Source: Marsupella aquatica (lineage: Eukaryota > Plantae > Marchantiophyta). From it: DNA of 64,000 bases. The notes below the pieces were generated by a model that saw only the letters and a list, made by a program, of their open reading frames with translations, was not told where the DNA came from and made no database searches. Numbering within the stretch: the first letter of the stretch is position 1; each line of letters opens with the position of its first letter. The DNA lies in contig OZ316892.1 of assembly GCA_973895155.1 (NCBI GenBank), positions 15,678,861 through 15,742,860 on the forward strand, given 5' to 3'. Of the stretch, positions 51,507-64,000 are shown in pieces. The position numbers were made by a program, and so were the translations under genes.

Positions 51507-53717
51507 CCTCGTATTACCCCACTAAGAGATGGCGATGGCGTTGAGCAGAATGTTGGACAGTATCGTACAACTCTCCCAGAGCCCCTGATCCAGTACGGAG
51601 CAACAGGCTCAGGTATAGAATGTCACGCTTGAACAGGCTGCTCCAGGAGAATCACGTCTCTCCCACGAGCGCCAAGCCTCCTCAGAAGGTTAAGACATGG
51701 AGTATCGAGCACATTAGAGTGTTGCTCAACGGTAACACCAACAGATCTCAACACTTGGAAGATTACCGTTGGACCAGAAACCGTCTTATGTGACCAGCAA
51801 TCCTCAAGGTTACGCGTGACTAGCAATCCTCAGTGTTATCGTTAAAATATGACCGTTGATCGTTTTGGCCTTATTGATAGCGCCAAGCGCTAGCAAAAAC
51901 AACTCCATTTTACCTGATTTAAACTACTAATTTCAATAGCGCCGAGCGCTAACAAATCTTCCACGTATATATATTTTACACAATTCAAATGGAATTCATG
52001 GATAGATGGACAAAATGGACATTATTAGGATCATTTTATCCGTAAGCGTTATTAGCGCTCGGCGCTATCATAAATTGCATCCAAATCAATGTTACTCATC
52101 ACGAGAGAGTAATACAAACTCTTACATATCCACAAATATTTAAGAATCCATCTGGTATTAGAAGCATAAGTTTGAGCATTCCAATGCTAGCGCCGAGCGC
52201 TAATATGGAACCTGTCACGGGTAATACCACTCCATCAAAAACTACAAGCATTACGAAGACTTTCAAAAGACATTTGGTGAAAAGATTTACTCACTTCCGT
52301 AAGGCAAAACATCAAAAAACACAAACTGAATAATGAAAAATGCGTAAGGGAATGGCTAATAGATCAAACTCCATTTAATGGTATGGGCTTTACTTCACAA
52401 AGTCTCAAAATATTGAGTAAAAACATGAGAGTAACCTCCCAATAGATTCCGAGACTATCGTGCTGGCAAAAGATTGACTACCATTTCTAACATCACTACA
52501 TCAACTGGTCGTGGCTGTCAACATCAAACTCCACCAAATGAGGTTGGTAATCTACTCAGGACTACTGGGTTCTCCAGGATCAGACGGTCCATGCGTTAAT
52601 CTCCAGGATCAGTTGATCAGTTAATCTTCCCACCAGCTTGGCTTGTACGCGTCCGAATCATCGTTGGAATCGCTAGAACCAACGCCCCAGCGAAACCCAC
52701 CCCAACTGCAAAAGGAGTTGTCGTTGGACCCCGACTCGTCGTGGGTCCCTGCATCATCGTCTGTATCCTCGCCTTCACTTGAAGAACTTTTTCCATGTCT
52801 AGGTGACGGGTGCGACGAAGATAAGCCCGCCTTTGACACCCGACATTTCTACGCGATGGGTGCGGATACAACTCGGGTTTTTGCAATTACTTTCCCCTTC
52901 GCCGAGATTGGGACGTTTGAATGAGAAGGAGGCTTCGTGAGAGACTTCTCCTCAGCGCCCTCTCCATCGCTGCCGCTTTGAAATGTAACCTGCGCCTTCC
53001 CCTTAGCTCGTGGTGGAGCCATGGAAACTTAAACAAACGACTCTAAATGATTGAGACTGAACGGAAGTTTCTCGTATAAAAATGGACGCGGGAGCGCAAA
53101 AAATGTTTTTGAGAACAAAGAACTTCAAATGGTGAGAGGCAGACTCGTCGGCCAGGTTTTGAGGACAGAGGTGAGAACGTTTGGATTTCCATGGACATCT
53201 CAGATGTAATGGTTTTTGATCGTGCAATTGACGTCCGAGATGCGTCAATTGTGGAAACTTTAATGCCCACGTGCGTACTTGGACCGATTCACGGATTTCC
53301 TGTCTGTTGTTAGAGGTAGAACATACGAGCTTTGATGATAGCGCCGAGCGCTATTATTATGATCTGAGTTTTCCTGTCCTCCTCGCCATGCGGTACTATA
53401 TTCGGTCGAGAGTCATGCTTCCATTGTAAAGTTGTTCCCCGTTCACAAAAGTAGCGCCCGACGCTATTAAACTCCCGACAATTAAGCTGGTTCAATACAG
53501 CCGTTGAATAACGACAAAATTCAATTGATTTACATTGTCCAAACCATTAACGTAACTTTCTTTGTAATTATTCAACGTTCGTTTATACTGTCGTTATTAA
53601 CCTCGTACATCAAACAATCCTTAAACCGATTGGGGAAGTGAGACATTGATTATTATCTTCCGCTGAAATGGGACGATCGATCGTAGTGAGACGCAAGGAC
53701 ATGCGGGATGTTGTCAC

Positions 53718-56700
53718 TGTGGTGCGTCCCATGGCTCCCTAAACCCAAGAAACCCCCCAGCTCAAGCCGATTCCCGCAGGTTTCGCGCTCGGCGAGGCCG
53801 TTTCCGCGGCTTAGCGGCATGGGACGCTGCTAACCTTCTACTACTACTATTAACATTTTACACACATATACTGGACAGATCCTTCATCGGGTCATGAGAT
53901 ACGTAGCCGGCCTAATCTAGGCCTTCCCCTGTCTTCCCCTCCGTCTTGTTAGGTATGTTTGGATTCCGCCGCCGGAATGATCCCCAATAGGCTTGGTTAA
54001 GCCGCTAAGACCTCTCTCAGCTCGACACATCCAAATCTCACTCCCCTGCTTACTTTCCTTCCTTTTGGTTGATGTGGGCACTCTTCACACAAGTTAATGC
54101 GACACACAAATAGCAAAATGACTCATTCTGACTGAGTCATACCATGCACTTGCCATACAAACAGTACATCTCATACACAAGTTCTGCGAACTAAGCTGTG
54201 AGGCCAACTCTATTCAGCTCTTAGGCATGAGGAAACATGAATATACACAAGGATCACTGTATGACTAACCGAGAGCTTCTCGTACTACTTGATCCCAGCC
54301 CGGCTGGTGCAAACTAAAAACTTGCTAAAGAAGAGGCCCTGAGCTCCCCGCTGCCCAGGTACTTATCCTGGTAGTGGATCCGCCATTCTTTGCATCGTAA
54401 GCCTAATCTACTTAACAGTAATCTACTTTCCGGAATCTACCTATGTACAGCAAGGCAGGAGCACAAGTGTTGCTCCTACCAGTGGGACCGCAATCCCACT
54501 AAGCTAAGTGTCAGGGCCGCTCCTGGTCCTGATCCTAATCCTAAACTTGGAGATCAGCGCGCGCCCTGCCCACTCACGCCTCCTCCCTCCACGTCCGCCC
54601 TCCCTAAAAGGAACGGCGCCCTTGCACCGTCACGACACCGGTGGTGGATCCTTAATGGACGCCCCCAACGCTTCCTCCTCAGCCACTGCCGTAGGCTCAT
54701 TCTCTGACAGATTACCTGCCCTTGACTGAGTCAACTCTCCATCGGCCTGACTGGGTCCACCATCGGCGTCGGCATCGGCTCGGGAATCGGTTACGGCCTC
54801 AGCCTCGGCTACGGTCTCCCCGGCCTGCTCAAGAGGCGGATCTGGAATACCGGCCTCATTACTGAGTAGTTCGGCTTGGGCCGCACCACCCCCACCTGTG
54901 ATGATAGCGGGATCTATTGCCGTATTCATGCCGGAGGATGGTGCTGGTTCTACCTCCTTGGTCACCACGGCTTGTGGAGTCGGATTACTCCTTGACCCTG
55001 AAGGTTTCCGCTTTTTCTTCTTTTCTGGTTCGGCAGCTGGTCCCTTCCCCTTCCCACTTACTTCCGGCACTGGTGCAGTTGGCGCGGCTTTTTCGGCCAG
55101 TACCACTCCTGGTAACTTGGTTGCCCCAATTGGAGTTGGGCCTGATGAAGACAAGCACTTAAATACTGCGGCTTGTTTCTTCAGCCGCTCCGTTTGGTTG
55201 TCGGCCCGCCGCTGGAGGTTCTCCATCTTCCTCGTGATTTCCTCCAACTCCTCCTGGGTCTCATCCAGGTCCTTGTGTGCCTCCTCTAGTTCCTTCTGGG
55301 CTTCCTCCCGTTCTTGTTTCAAGGTAGTCCTCTCCTCCTGGGTTGCTCTTAGCTCCTTGTCGAGCTCTGCAATGATGACAGACTCCATCTAGTTCATCTT
55401 GGCGTAAGTCTGTTCGAGCATCTCGTCCTTCTCCCTTAGGTCGGCCTTGAAGCTGGCCGTCAGGGACGCAAGCTCCTGCTGCAGCGCCATAATCCCTTGA
55501 TAGGATTTTCCTAACTCGGCCTCCTTCTGCTCAAGGGCTCCGCGGATTTTCTCGAGCTCCCCCTTCAACGCCCATTCCTTTCTTTGGGTCTCCGCCATGG
55601 CCCGGCTGTTGGCTGTTATGTGGGCCTCCTCTGTATTCTTCAGCTCTTGCTTCCACTTCTCCCTCTCTTTGATCGTGTCGGCCAACTCTCCCTGCGTCTG
55701 AGTCAGTTTATCCTTGATATTCTGATTATCAGCCTGCGCGGTGTCCAACTGCCCCAGCATGATGTTCAGCTCATGTCGTTTAATCCGCAGTTCATCTTGG
55801 GCTTTCTTGGCCGCCCTTAGATCTTCAATCTCGGCTTCCATCCTCCTAAGCCGCCGAATGACCTCGTCCTTCTTGCTTCTCTCTAAAGCCACCGCTTCTT
55901 CTAATTGGTGCTTCTCCAACTGCTCCCTATGGAAAAAGGGTCCTACCTCCAACTCCTCTCCAAAGATGCCGAGCGCAAGTTCCCCACACATCTCACCATA
56001 CTCCATGGCTCTATTCTTAGCGTAGGTGGAGTAAGTAGAAGTGATCGGCATCGCCCATCGCGGCCTCTGCTCCCAAGCCGTCTTGCGGATCTCTTCAATC
56101 GTGGCTAGAGGTTTGCTTCCTTTTTTGGCTAGCCGCCTGATGTCCTTCGGCCAATCTCCTCCTGGTAAATCCTTTTCCCTAGCAAGGGCTGCCTCCTCTT
56201 CCTGCTTGATTCGCTCCTGAAATTCCTGCACCGTCTGTTTTATGCCGTCGAAGCTCGGGGGAGCAACATCTGGTGGGGGAGACTCAGGGCTACTCTACTG
56301 GTTGGGGTCCCCTCGCACTACCCTTGGAAGTGTGGGGACAAACCGGCCACAGGTCCTTACTCCTGGGACGTGATGGTCCGACCCATAGCCGGAATTATCA
56401 TGGCTGCAGTCCTCCACTGCCTCCTCTACTTCTTGGCCGTCCGGCTTCTCCCTCTCCTCTTCGTCGGTAGGAGCTTCAGGCAATTCTGCCTCAGATTCGG
56501 AGCTTGAGATTCCCACATACATTCGAACACCTAGCTTGGATTCAGGCCTGATTCTCTCCTTGTCTCCAGCAAAGGGGTTTTCTCTTGTGAGCCGGTGTAG
56601 GCCTACCTCTGTAGTAGTGTCCTGCATTGTTGCTGTTGCCGTTGTTGTTGCCGATGCCGATTTCTTTTCTTTCTCCAGTAGTTTCAGCAGACACTGCATG

Positions 56701-58378
56701 CCTGGTTGCTGCATCGGCAAGTCCTCCTTCCTGGGCCTAAACACCTGCTCGATCGTAGGGCTAACAGGTGGTTGAGGCTTCTCAGCCAACGGCCTCGGCG
56801 TTGGAGCTTCCTTGGGTGCCCTTACCTGTAGGGGAAGTACCGGGGCAAAAGTCTGACCTCTGGCATACCGGCACAACAGCGGCATGTGATAGCCAAGCCG
56901 CGACACGCTCCCCATGCCGATTACCTGCTGCTCCTCCTTTAAGATCTTCTTCAATTGGTTGAGAAGGTACCCGTTGTAGTCCCGGCTTGGGTCTGGCCTT
57001 TCTGCCAGATAGACCTGTGCCTTGCCGATCTCTGCCCTTGGCAAGTTACAATGCATGGTCACCCGCAAGAAGTCGATCATCTCTCCTATGTGCGGGTTGG
57101 TGCAGGTGTTCCGGAAGAAGCCATTCTTCGTTGATGGCCCGGGGAACGACCGGAACTCCTTGTCAGGCAAAGTCTTCCTGGTATCAACTTTGGTCTTATT
57201 GCCTATCGGCAAGCCAAACACTTTGGCAATTACCTTGGGAGTAAGATAGAAATCCTTCCCATATATCCTCGTGCAATTGGTCTCGGGTTCCCATGACCCC
57301 ACGAATTCTAATAGGTCTGACTCCGGTACCTCCGGCTTCAGCCATGGTAATCTTACAAAGGCCTCTAAGCCGGATCCGGCCATGAAGCCTTGGTACTTCT
57401 TGGTCTGCATGGCCGTGAAGCATGCATCCTCCTCCCGTGCAAAATGTAGTTGCACCTCCACCGGTAGGGTTGCCGCCCAGCCCTTCCAGGTGTCATCCCT
57501 GGTTGGAATGGCCTTGATGGGATTGACCTCCTCCTCTTCGGCTTCTCCCTGCCTCCTGCTCTGCTGCTCGGTTGGCTTCTTTGGTGCCGCCGACCTCGTT
57601 CTTTTTGCCGGGGTGGCTTCATCGTTGACGGCTCCCTTCCTCTTCATCTCTACTGCCGTGGAGGTTTCTCCTAGCACCGTTGCCTGGGTCCACCTTTCCG
57701 TGCTACCCTTTAATTCCCAGTGTATGTCGTTGCAGTTCTTGATGGCCTCTCGGATGCCGACGACACTGTCTTTGCAAAATAGAAGATCGTCGAGTTGATT
57801 GGAAGTAGGCGTCCACAGGAACTCGTCCTTGATGAGTTCGCCTCCTAAGAAATCCGTCTTCTGCAGCTCCCACAATCGAGCGAGCTCCTGCCGTTCTCGA
57901 GCTGCCCTTTCTGATTCCTCGTCCTCGTAAGTCTTGATGTACTCAGTTGCCCATTCGAATAGGCATCCCCAGAAATGTGTCGCTTGATTGACGTTGCTCA
58001 TACCCTCCTTAGGTCGATCGTCGGTATCTACTCTCTCCCCGAGTGCTTTGCTTAAGCAGCTGACAGTAGTTGGCCTCCCGTAGTCGTCTGCCTAGTTCGT
58101 GCTCGCAAATGAGCCACCATCTCCTGCAAGCGCTCCTTACCCCTCTCCTCTGCCGGTCCTTCTTCCCGTTGATCCTTCCTAGCCGCCGACGCTTAACGTG
58201 CCCTAACCCTAATCGAGTTTTCACCCTCAGCGTCCTTACCTCCGGCCTCGGCCCGGGTTCCATGGTTGCCCCTAATGGTTTATATTTTCCTTGTTTTGTC
58301 CCTATACTAAGGTGTTCCTAGGGTGCCTTCCTGCTTTACCCACTTAACTGGCCGAGTGATTCCTGTCTAGGCATCACA
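53718..58378 (-). mobile_element. Giant solo LTR, copy C4 (4661 bp)
   Basis: Reverse complement of a C3-like LTR; TSD GTCAC (53713-53717, 58379-58383). Confidence 0.93.
54630..58263 (-). pseudogene. LTR-encoded protein, long variant, disrupted
   Basis: Frameshift near 58048 and TAG stops at 56295 and 55389 relative to the 1206-aa copy. Confidence 0.85.
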
Positions 58379-60117
58379 GTCACGGTTATCGTATCCCCTG
58401 AATCTCAGTCAAGGAGAGTTTTGGATGAATACTTGGGGTTGAGATTTGATGTTTCCAAAGAGTGTATTCTCTCTGTGTCCCTCCTCCCTAAGGATTCAAA
58501 GGCAAATACCATCTTCTATGATGTCGTCGATGGACTCAGTGGACGATGTATCCAGAGAAAGTATACGAGGTCTTTGTTTTGGAAGATTCTGAAGCATCGG
58601 AAGATCTATGTCCTATTACCGGTGGTGTTGATGTTGTCAATCTGTCTGACACTTTGGAAGACGACGGGAAGAATTCGCCCCTTTCCTTTGATGTCCCGAA
58701 AAGGATCTCAATGGATCCCTTGGTGGTGAAGATGGAGGTTCAAGATGTCCCAATTGTATATCGACAAAGTGCGATGGATACTATCCTAAAATCGAAGGGA
58801 CATAGCGAGTTATCTCGTTTCATCAGGGAGAAGGATTTCACGCATCAGATAGTTCCTAGCCTCCCGATGACATACAATGGGAATGTTGTGTTTGAGTTGC
58901 CTCCAGTCGATTGCGTGAATTCGAAAGGGGAACGACTGAAGGACATGGACCGCGGGAAGGATTGCTATTACTGGACGCGCATTGTCAAGACATCTTTGAA
59001 TGTTTTACCAAAGAAGATGTGGGATTTTGGAAAGGTTCAGTGTACCGGTTCTCTTGAATGTCGGAACAATTCTTGCCAATTCTGGAGAGACAAAAAGACT
59101 AGGAACAACCAAGTCTGGGCGAGATCACCAAAACTCTCAGGAACCTTTCGAGTTGGAGAACTCATACCTCAAGGTGGTATTGTCTGTCACCACTGCTCTG
59201 AACCTCCGATGTGTACAAGATCGTGTCCGGCCATGATGTTCTATATGTATCCTTCGGCCAAAGTGGATTCAACTCATTTGGCGTATATGTCCCGGCTGGC
59301 TGTGCACATGGGATTTCACAACCATCCCAATCGTTGAGGGTGGTCAAGAGAGGCTGAAAAGCTTGCTAAGACTCACCTTGCAAAGGAGTTCTAGGCTAAT
59401 CCACAAGCTACGCCCGCTGGGATAAAGAATGCGGCTACAGACTCTCTAACCAATGCCCTCTGTGAGGAATCCGTGGAGGAAATGTCTTCGGAAGAGGAGA
59501 AGGAGATCTGGGAGTCCCTCATGGTTGTTGCTACCCCACAAAAGTTTGCTTCTGTTCTGCGAAGTGTGAGACAAGATCAGAAAGGCAAAGGTGAGCTTGA
59601 ATATTTGGTGCGGATGCAAAAGTGTGTGAGACTTCCCTTTCTTCATAGGTATTTGCTTCCAGGCCAAGGATGTCGAGACGAAAGTGCTCACATCTTCAAG
59701 ATGATTGTGAAAGGCGAAGGATCTGGGATCGACTTTCTCCAGAAAATGCAGACCGGTGGTTCATTAGAAGGTCATGGGTGAGTTTCAACGTCATGCATAG
59801 CATTACATTGGACTGGCTAACTTTTAGTGTTCATGTATATGATCATCACTATCGGGCGCTTTGTACAATTTTCACTTATGAATTAAAGGCTGAAGACCTT
59901 AGAGAGAGCGTGGCGATTGATGATAGAAGTTGCGAGTGAAAATGGCCTGGAGAACATTCAAATTCGAGGATTCATGGCGGACAATGCCCAGGCTGGATGG
60001 AATGTGGTGCGAAATGTTTTCTTCAATGGGGTACCTGATCCTGACCGAGAGCGATCAGATGCGTTTCATTTTTATCAGTCATTTCGTTGGCATTCATGCG
60101 AAGGTGTTCCAGAAGGA

Positions 60118-60145
60118 AAACCCGAAACCCTAAACCCTAAACCCT
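60118..60145 (-). repeat. Interstitial plant telomeric repeat, about four TTTAGGG units
   Basis: Plus strand AAACCCG AAACCCT AAACCCT AAACCCT. Confidence 0.8.
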
Positions 60146-62535
60146 GTAACGCAAAAACATTTTTGGACGCATATCGTATGTCAAGAGAGATCGACGATTG
60201 GTGGAGATCTGGAAATTGCCATCAGGGGAAGCTTCAAATGTTGCAAGGATGACTCTCATGGTGGGTCGTCCGTTGGAGACAATGGGGAAACTTCATTAGG
60301 CTGGTAAGGCTTTTCTTAGATTCATGATAGTCCATTACCATTGATTTGTAATAGCGCCCGACGCTAATATGGAACAATTCCTTGTTACAGTATAGTAGCG
60401 CCAAGCGCTAGTATGAACAAGCACACTTTTGCAACTACAAACATGGTAGTGATGCAAGAGATTTGATAGCGCCAGGCGCTACTTATATATTAGAGAGTCC
60501 ATATTGCATAAATACAAACTACACTTGTCGCAAATTACTGTAGTTACTAAATTTCGTTTCCGATGACAGAGCAAGAGTGCTGAGGAGGCAGGTATGATTC
60601 CGAATTGTACTGGTTTGGAATCGGTCCATGCAGGCATGAAGGCGTGGCAAATGAAGAAGCGGGTTGGTCTCATGGAGGGGTGCAAAACTGACCAAAACCG
60701 AGTCGTATGTTAGATAGCAGCATATACTACATACGGTCAAGGATTACATCGGGGAAGTGGACCCACTATCTTTGAGTTGGCTTTCAGATCTGCCGACATG
60801 ACAGGGTCTCCACGTCTATTTGAAGAAGCGACCAATCTCCTTCTTTCCAACGCAGCTGAATTTGATTTGGAAAGAACTGTTCCATTGAATGGAGACGTGA
60901 TAACTCGATCGGTGAAGCGAAAAGGTAATGCAAGTGGGAATGTCTCGGCACAAGACTCTCACAGGCATGATACTATCCTTGTGACTTCACCAAATACAAG
61001 GGGTTTGAAGAGAAGAAACCTCCATTCCACAGACTTCGAGAAGATGTCTTCCACACCTTCTGCTGGTGGAAGTGGCGTTGTTAATTTGTCTCAAAGTGAG
61101 AGTGAAGATTCTGAGGAGGTCATCGTCCTTGAGACACCCTCACGTTAGACGACAAGATCTTCTGTTCCTCCCATAGGACATCAAGCTGAGGCCGCACCTG
61201 AGGAATCTCTTCTCCCAATGGAAACTGACATAGCTCCAAGTCTCTGGCAGCTCCGACAAACTGCAAAAAGTGGTGCTGGTCCAGCTTGTAATGGGACCCT
61301 CGGTTGGAGAGGAAGCCGCAATGAATGTCAAAATTGAGTAAAGAAGGTTGGGTTTCCAAATCCAGAAGGAGTTGTCGCAATATCTGTAAGAGGATGTAGA
61401 CTTTTTAGAGGAGAACCTCATCCGGACCAGATATGGTTTTGCCCAAACAACAAATGTCACAAAAGTCGGCCAAGAAGAGGTGTTTCAAACATTCCCAATA
61501 TACCATCCGTTCTTCCCATTGCGAGAGGGACCAATCTCCAGGAGGGCGAGATCCAATTCTTGAGAGAACAAGGTCTACTTGGTACAGGAGAGGTAAGGGA
61601 AGGTCAGGAGCCATCCCCGTATGAGTTACGCATCGATGTGAATTTGTTCCAAGAGAGGATCAATTTAGCGGACCCAATTTTCAAATGTGGCTCCAGGAAT
61701 GGAAGGAAGTGCTTGCAGAGAGTGAATCTAACTCAAACACATTACAAGAAGATTGAAGCATCCAAAACAGAAGTAATGAGGCTCGTATGCGAGAGAGATG
61801 TCATGAGTGGGAATGCGTGGGGCAAGTAGTATTGTATCAGAACACATGAACATGAGAGGAATGCTGCCTCTTATTGGGTGCAAATTTGTTGTTTCCCTTG
61901 CTGTTCATGTGAGGATTTCTATCGGAGGCACATTTATAGGAAACCTTACATGCCTTGCAAACATCTATATTGGGTATTCAGGACTATGTTAAAGTTGAGT
62001 CTTCACGATTCGACACTATCTAGTCAACCAGTTCTGACATTGGGCGAAGTCCGTTACCTGCTTGATTGACAAAATGGAACGGACACGTAGTCAATTCGGT
62101 GCCGTTCAACAGCTTTAAGTGGCATTTGTCTTTTCTAACGAGCAGAAGATGTACCCGTTTCTTATCTAGAAAAATGTGTGGTCTGTTGCTAGCACTTGGT
62201 GCTAGCCAAAATTTGAAACAGATAGCAAATATATTGACTGTTAAATAAAGCGTGTCTTCTTATAATGACCTTTATATTGCCCGTTTATTATCATTGAATG
62301 GTGGGCCCCATTATGTTAGCATTTCAGAGAGCGCTTATATGGTTGTTATTTTTTAACATTGAGCCATTTTTTTGAACTTTGAATAACCTATAAAACTTGT
62401 ACAAGTAAATAGTTTCTCGTATGAGTAAACAGATTTTCTGCTATGAGTAATTGAAAGCCTCATATGAGTAAATTTTTGCTCGTAACAGCAAATCTATTTA
62501 CTATTTGCTGTCACGGTGGTTATACCCATCACATG

Positions 62536-64000
62536 TACATATGGGAAACGATGCTTTTGCTTGGAATCAGTAGTCAGTTCAACTGGTGCAAGCTTTATTA
62601 AGTGAAGCTACTTCACGGGTGCATCTGAATGGCCTGCTGTCAGGGGACATTGGTCTGCGGCGTGGAGTGAGTCAAGGCTGTCCCTTGTCATCGTTACTTT
62701 GTGTAATTTCTACCCAACCACTCATGGATTATATGGATGCAGAGCTGGCAGGAGGAAACTACTAGGGATACAAATTTCTGAGCAACTTATAGTGTGCTAT
62801 CGGTTGTTTGCTGATGACCTTGGAATGTTTATCCCTGCCACTGAGAGAGGCTTCCAACTGGTGACGGAAGTACTGCAGTGCTACAAAACAGCCACGGGGG
62901 CTTGGTTGAATTTGCAAAAATCTGTGGTGATTCCTGTGGGGATGGAGAACACCCCGACATGGCTTAGAGAGACTGGCTGTATTATCAGTGCTCCGGGAGA
63001 GTTACAGAAATACCTTGGGGCCCCACTTGGTGTGGACTTGAAGACAGAGCAGTTGCATCGATTTTGCCTGGACAAGATTGGTATCAGGCATTCTTCATGG
63101 GCCAACAAGCTACTGTCATTCACTGGGAGATCCCTTTTAATTCGCCATATTCTCCAGGCTATACCTATTTATCATACTATGTTTCTAAAGGCATCGGCGG
63201 GTCTGGCACGGAAATTAACTGCACTATGTTGTGACTTTCTTTGGGGATCCGGAAGGAGGCAGAAAGATCCCTTTGGTTTCATGGGCACGGATGTCGCGGC
63301 CGCAAATGGAGGGCGGCCTGGGGTTTAAGGAATTCAGGAGCCACTCTGATGCCTTACTCTCTAAGTGGTTCACACGGGCGCTGGACTGTCCGACATCTGA
63401 GTGGGCTCTCATGTTTGAAGCTAACCTAAACCTGATTAGTTGGGAGAACTATAAGGTGATACGCAGGAACTTGTACACTTTCAGGGATAAACTGCTGCTG
63501 TGCAGCCCTAGGTCTTTTCACGGTTTATCCTATACGGGCGGGCTATGGAGGGCATGGACTGAACTCCGCTCACATCTCATTTTTGTACCCTTGGAAGTGA
63601 TTCCTGGTAGATGGAGTATAGGGGACACTTTGCGCTACTTGAAAGGATTTCAAGCTTGGTCACATGAGGATTTTGCAGTGGTAACTGAGAGCTTTGGCAA
63701 GTTGGGGATTAAATGTATTCAGAATATGTGGAGAGAAGAGCTGGGTGGTTGGATAGACTTATCAGAACAGTGGGATCATATCAGGGGACTCTTAGCGGTC
63801 CAGCAGATGAAGTGCAGGGATTTTGGTGAGAGGATCATGGAAATCGGGTCTTGCCAGGTTGACTATGTTCTTGGACCAGTCTGTTGGAGGTGGGCTGATA
63901 AGCCTAGGATGCTAAAAGAATTCAAACTCACTAATGTACAAGCATACCAATTTCTACATCCAAATGCTACGGATTATGAGAGCCTGAACCGTACCAGGGG
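62536..64000 (+). pseudogene. LINE ORF2 3' part (RT core and downstream)
   Basis: RGVSQGCPLS, LFADD, LNLQKS, KYLG, LSFTGR..LI..IL.AIP; frameshifts. Confidence 0.9.

Larger units (their letters stand above)
53668..62069 (+). pseudogene. MULE-2 transposase (GCM-like, MULE DDE, SWIM), interrupted by LTR C4
   Basis: ATG 53668 reads in frame across the GTCAC TSD. Motifs KVQCTGSLEC..C..C..C..H.G.H.HP, FMADNA..WN..VF, FHFYQS; intron 60304-60570; SWIM CSC..CKHLYWV. Confidence 0.85.
46909..62204. repeat. Dispersed MULE-2 palindrome TAGCGC-N3-GCGCTA
   Basis: Copies at 46909, 47005, 47245, 48403, 48466, 49251, 51878, 51937, 52053, 52188, 53339, 53452, 60352, 60396, 60467 and 62190. Seven are perfect and the rest differ by transitions. 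Confidence 0.9.
46725..62527 (+). mobile_element. Mutator-like DNA transposon MULE-2 (~11.1 kb net)
   Basis: 8-bp TSD ATCACATG (46717-46724, 62528-62535). Imperfect TIRs GAGGCTTTTCACGATGACAGCAAACAG and reverse complement GGGTATAACCACCGTGACAGCAAATAG. Termini resemble MULE-1 and the gene layout is the same. Confidence 0.92.
42765..64000 (+). mobile_element. L1-clade LINE interrupted by MULE-2 and running off the window
   Basis: ORF1 followed by ORF2. The RT reads through the insertion site (DRVNHM|YIWETM). The 5' end is not defined. Confidence 0.9.

Noticed and set aside
46909-62204. CRISPR array or terminators for the palindromes
   Set aside because: Spacing is irregular, units are only 15 bp, there are no cas genes or U-tracts, and the context is eukaryotic.

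Overview
Gene-free, heavily nested transposon region of a plant-type eukaryotic genome (TTTAGGG repeat, GT-AG introns, many premature stops that fit C-to-T decay; a non-seed plant is a guess only). The nesting can be reconstructed from target-site duplications (TSDs). The backbone is two diverged ~11-kb Mutator-like (MULE) DNA transposons: MULE-1 (5182-39394, 9-bp TSD) and MULE-2 (46725-62527, 8-bp TSD, inside an L1-type LINE). Each has a plus-strand GCM-like/MULE/SWIM transposase and a divergent, intron-containing gene encoding a ParB/Sulfiredoxin-like domain fused to a beta-class N4C/N6A methyltransferase-like domain with a degenerate catalytic motif. Each also carries its own dispersed 15-bp palindrome (TAGCGA-N3-TCGCTA versus TAGCGC-N3-GCGCTA), reminiscent of ParB/parS. 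This pairing is the best candidate for an undescribed system. Nested in and beside the MULEs are Ty3/gypsy LTRs of 4.0-4.7 kb that themselves contain a ~1000-1200 aa ORF, one pol fragment, a young non-autonomous copia-type element with a half-tRNA-Ile primer site, and a local duplication. All calls come from reading the sequence by eye; no searches were run.
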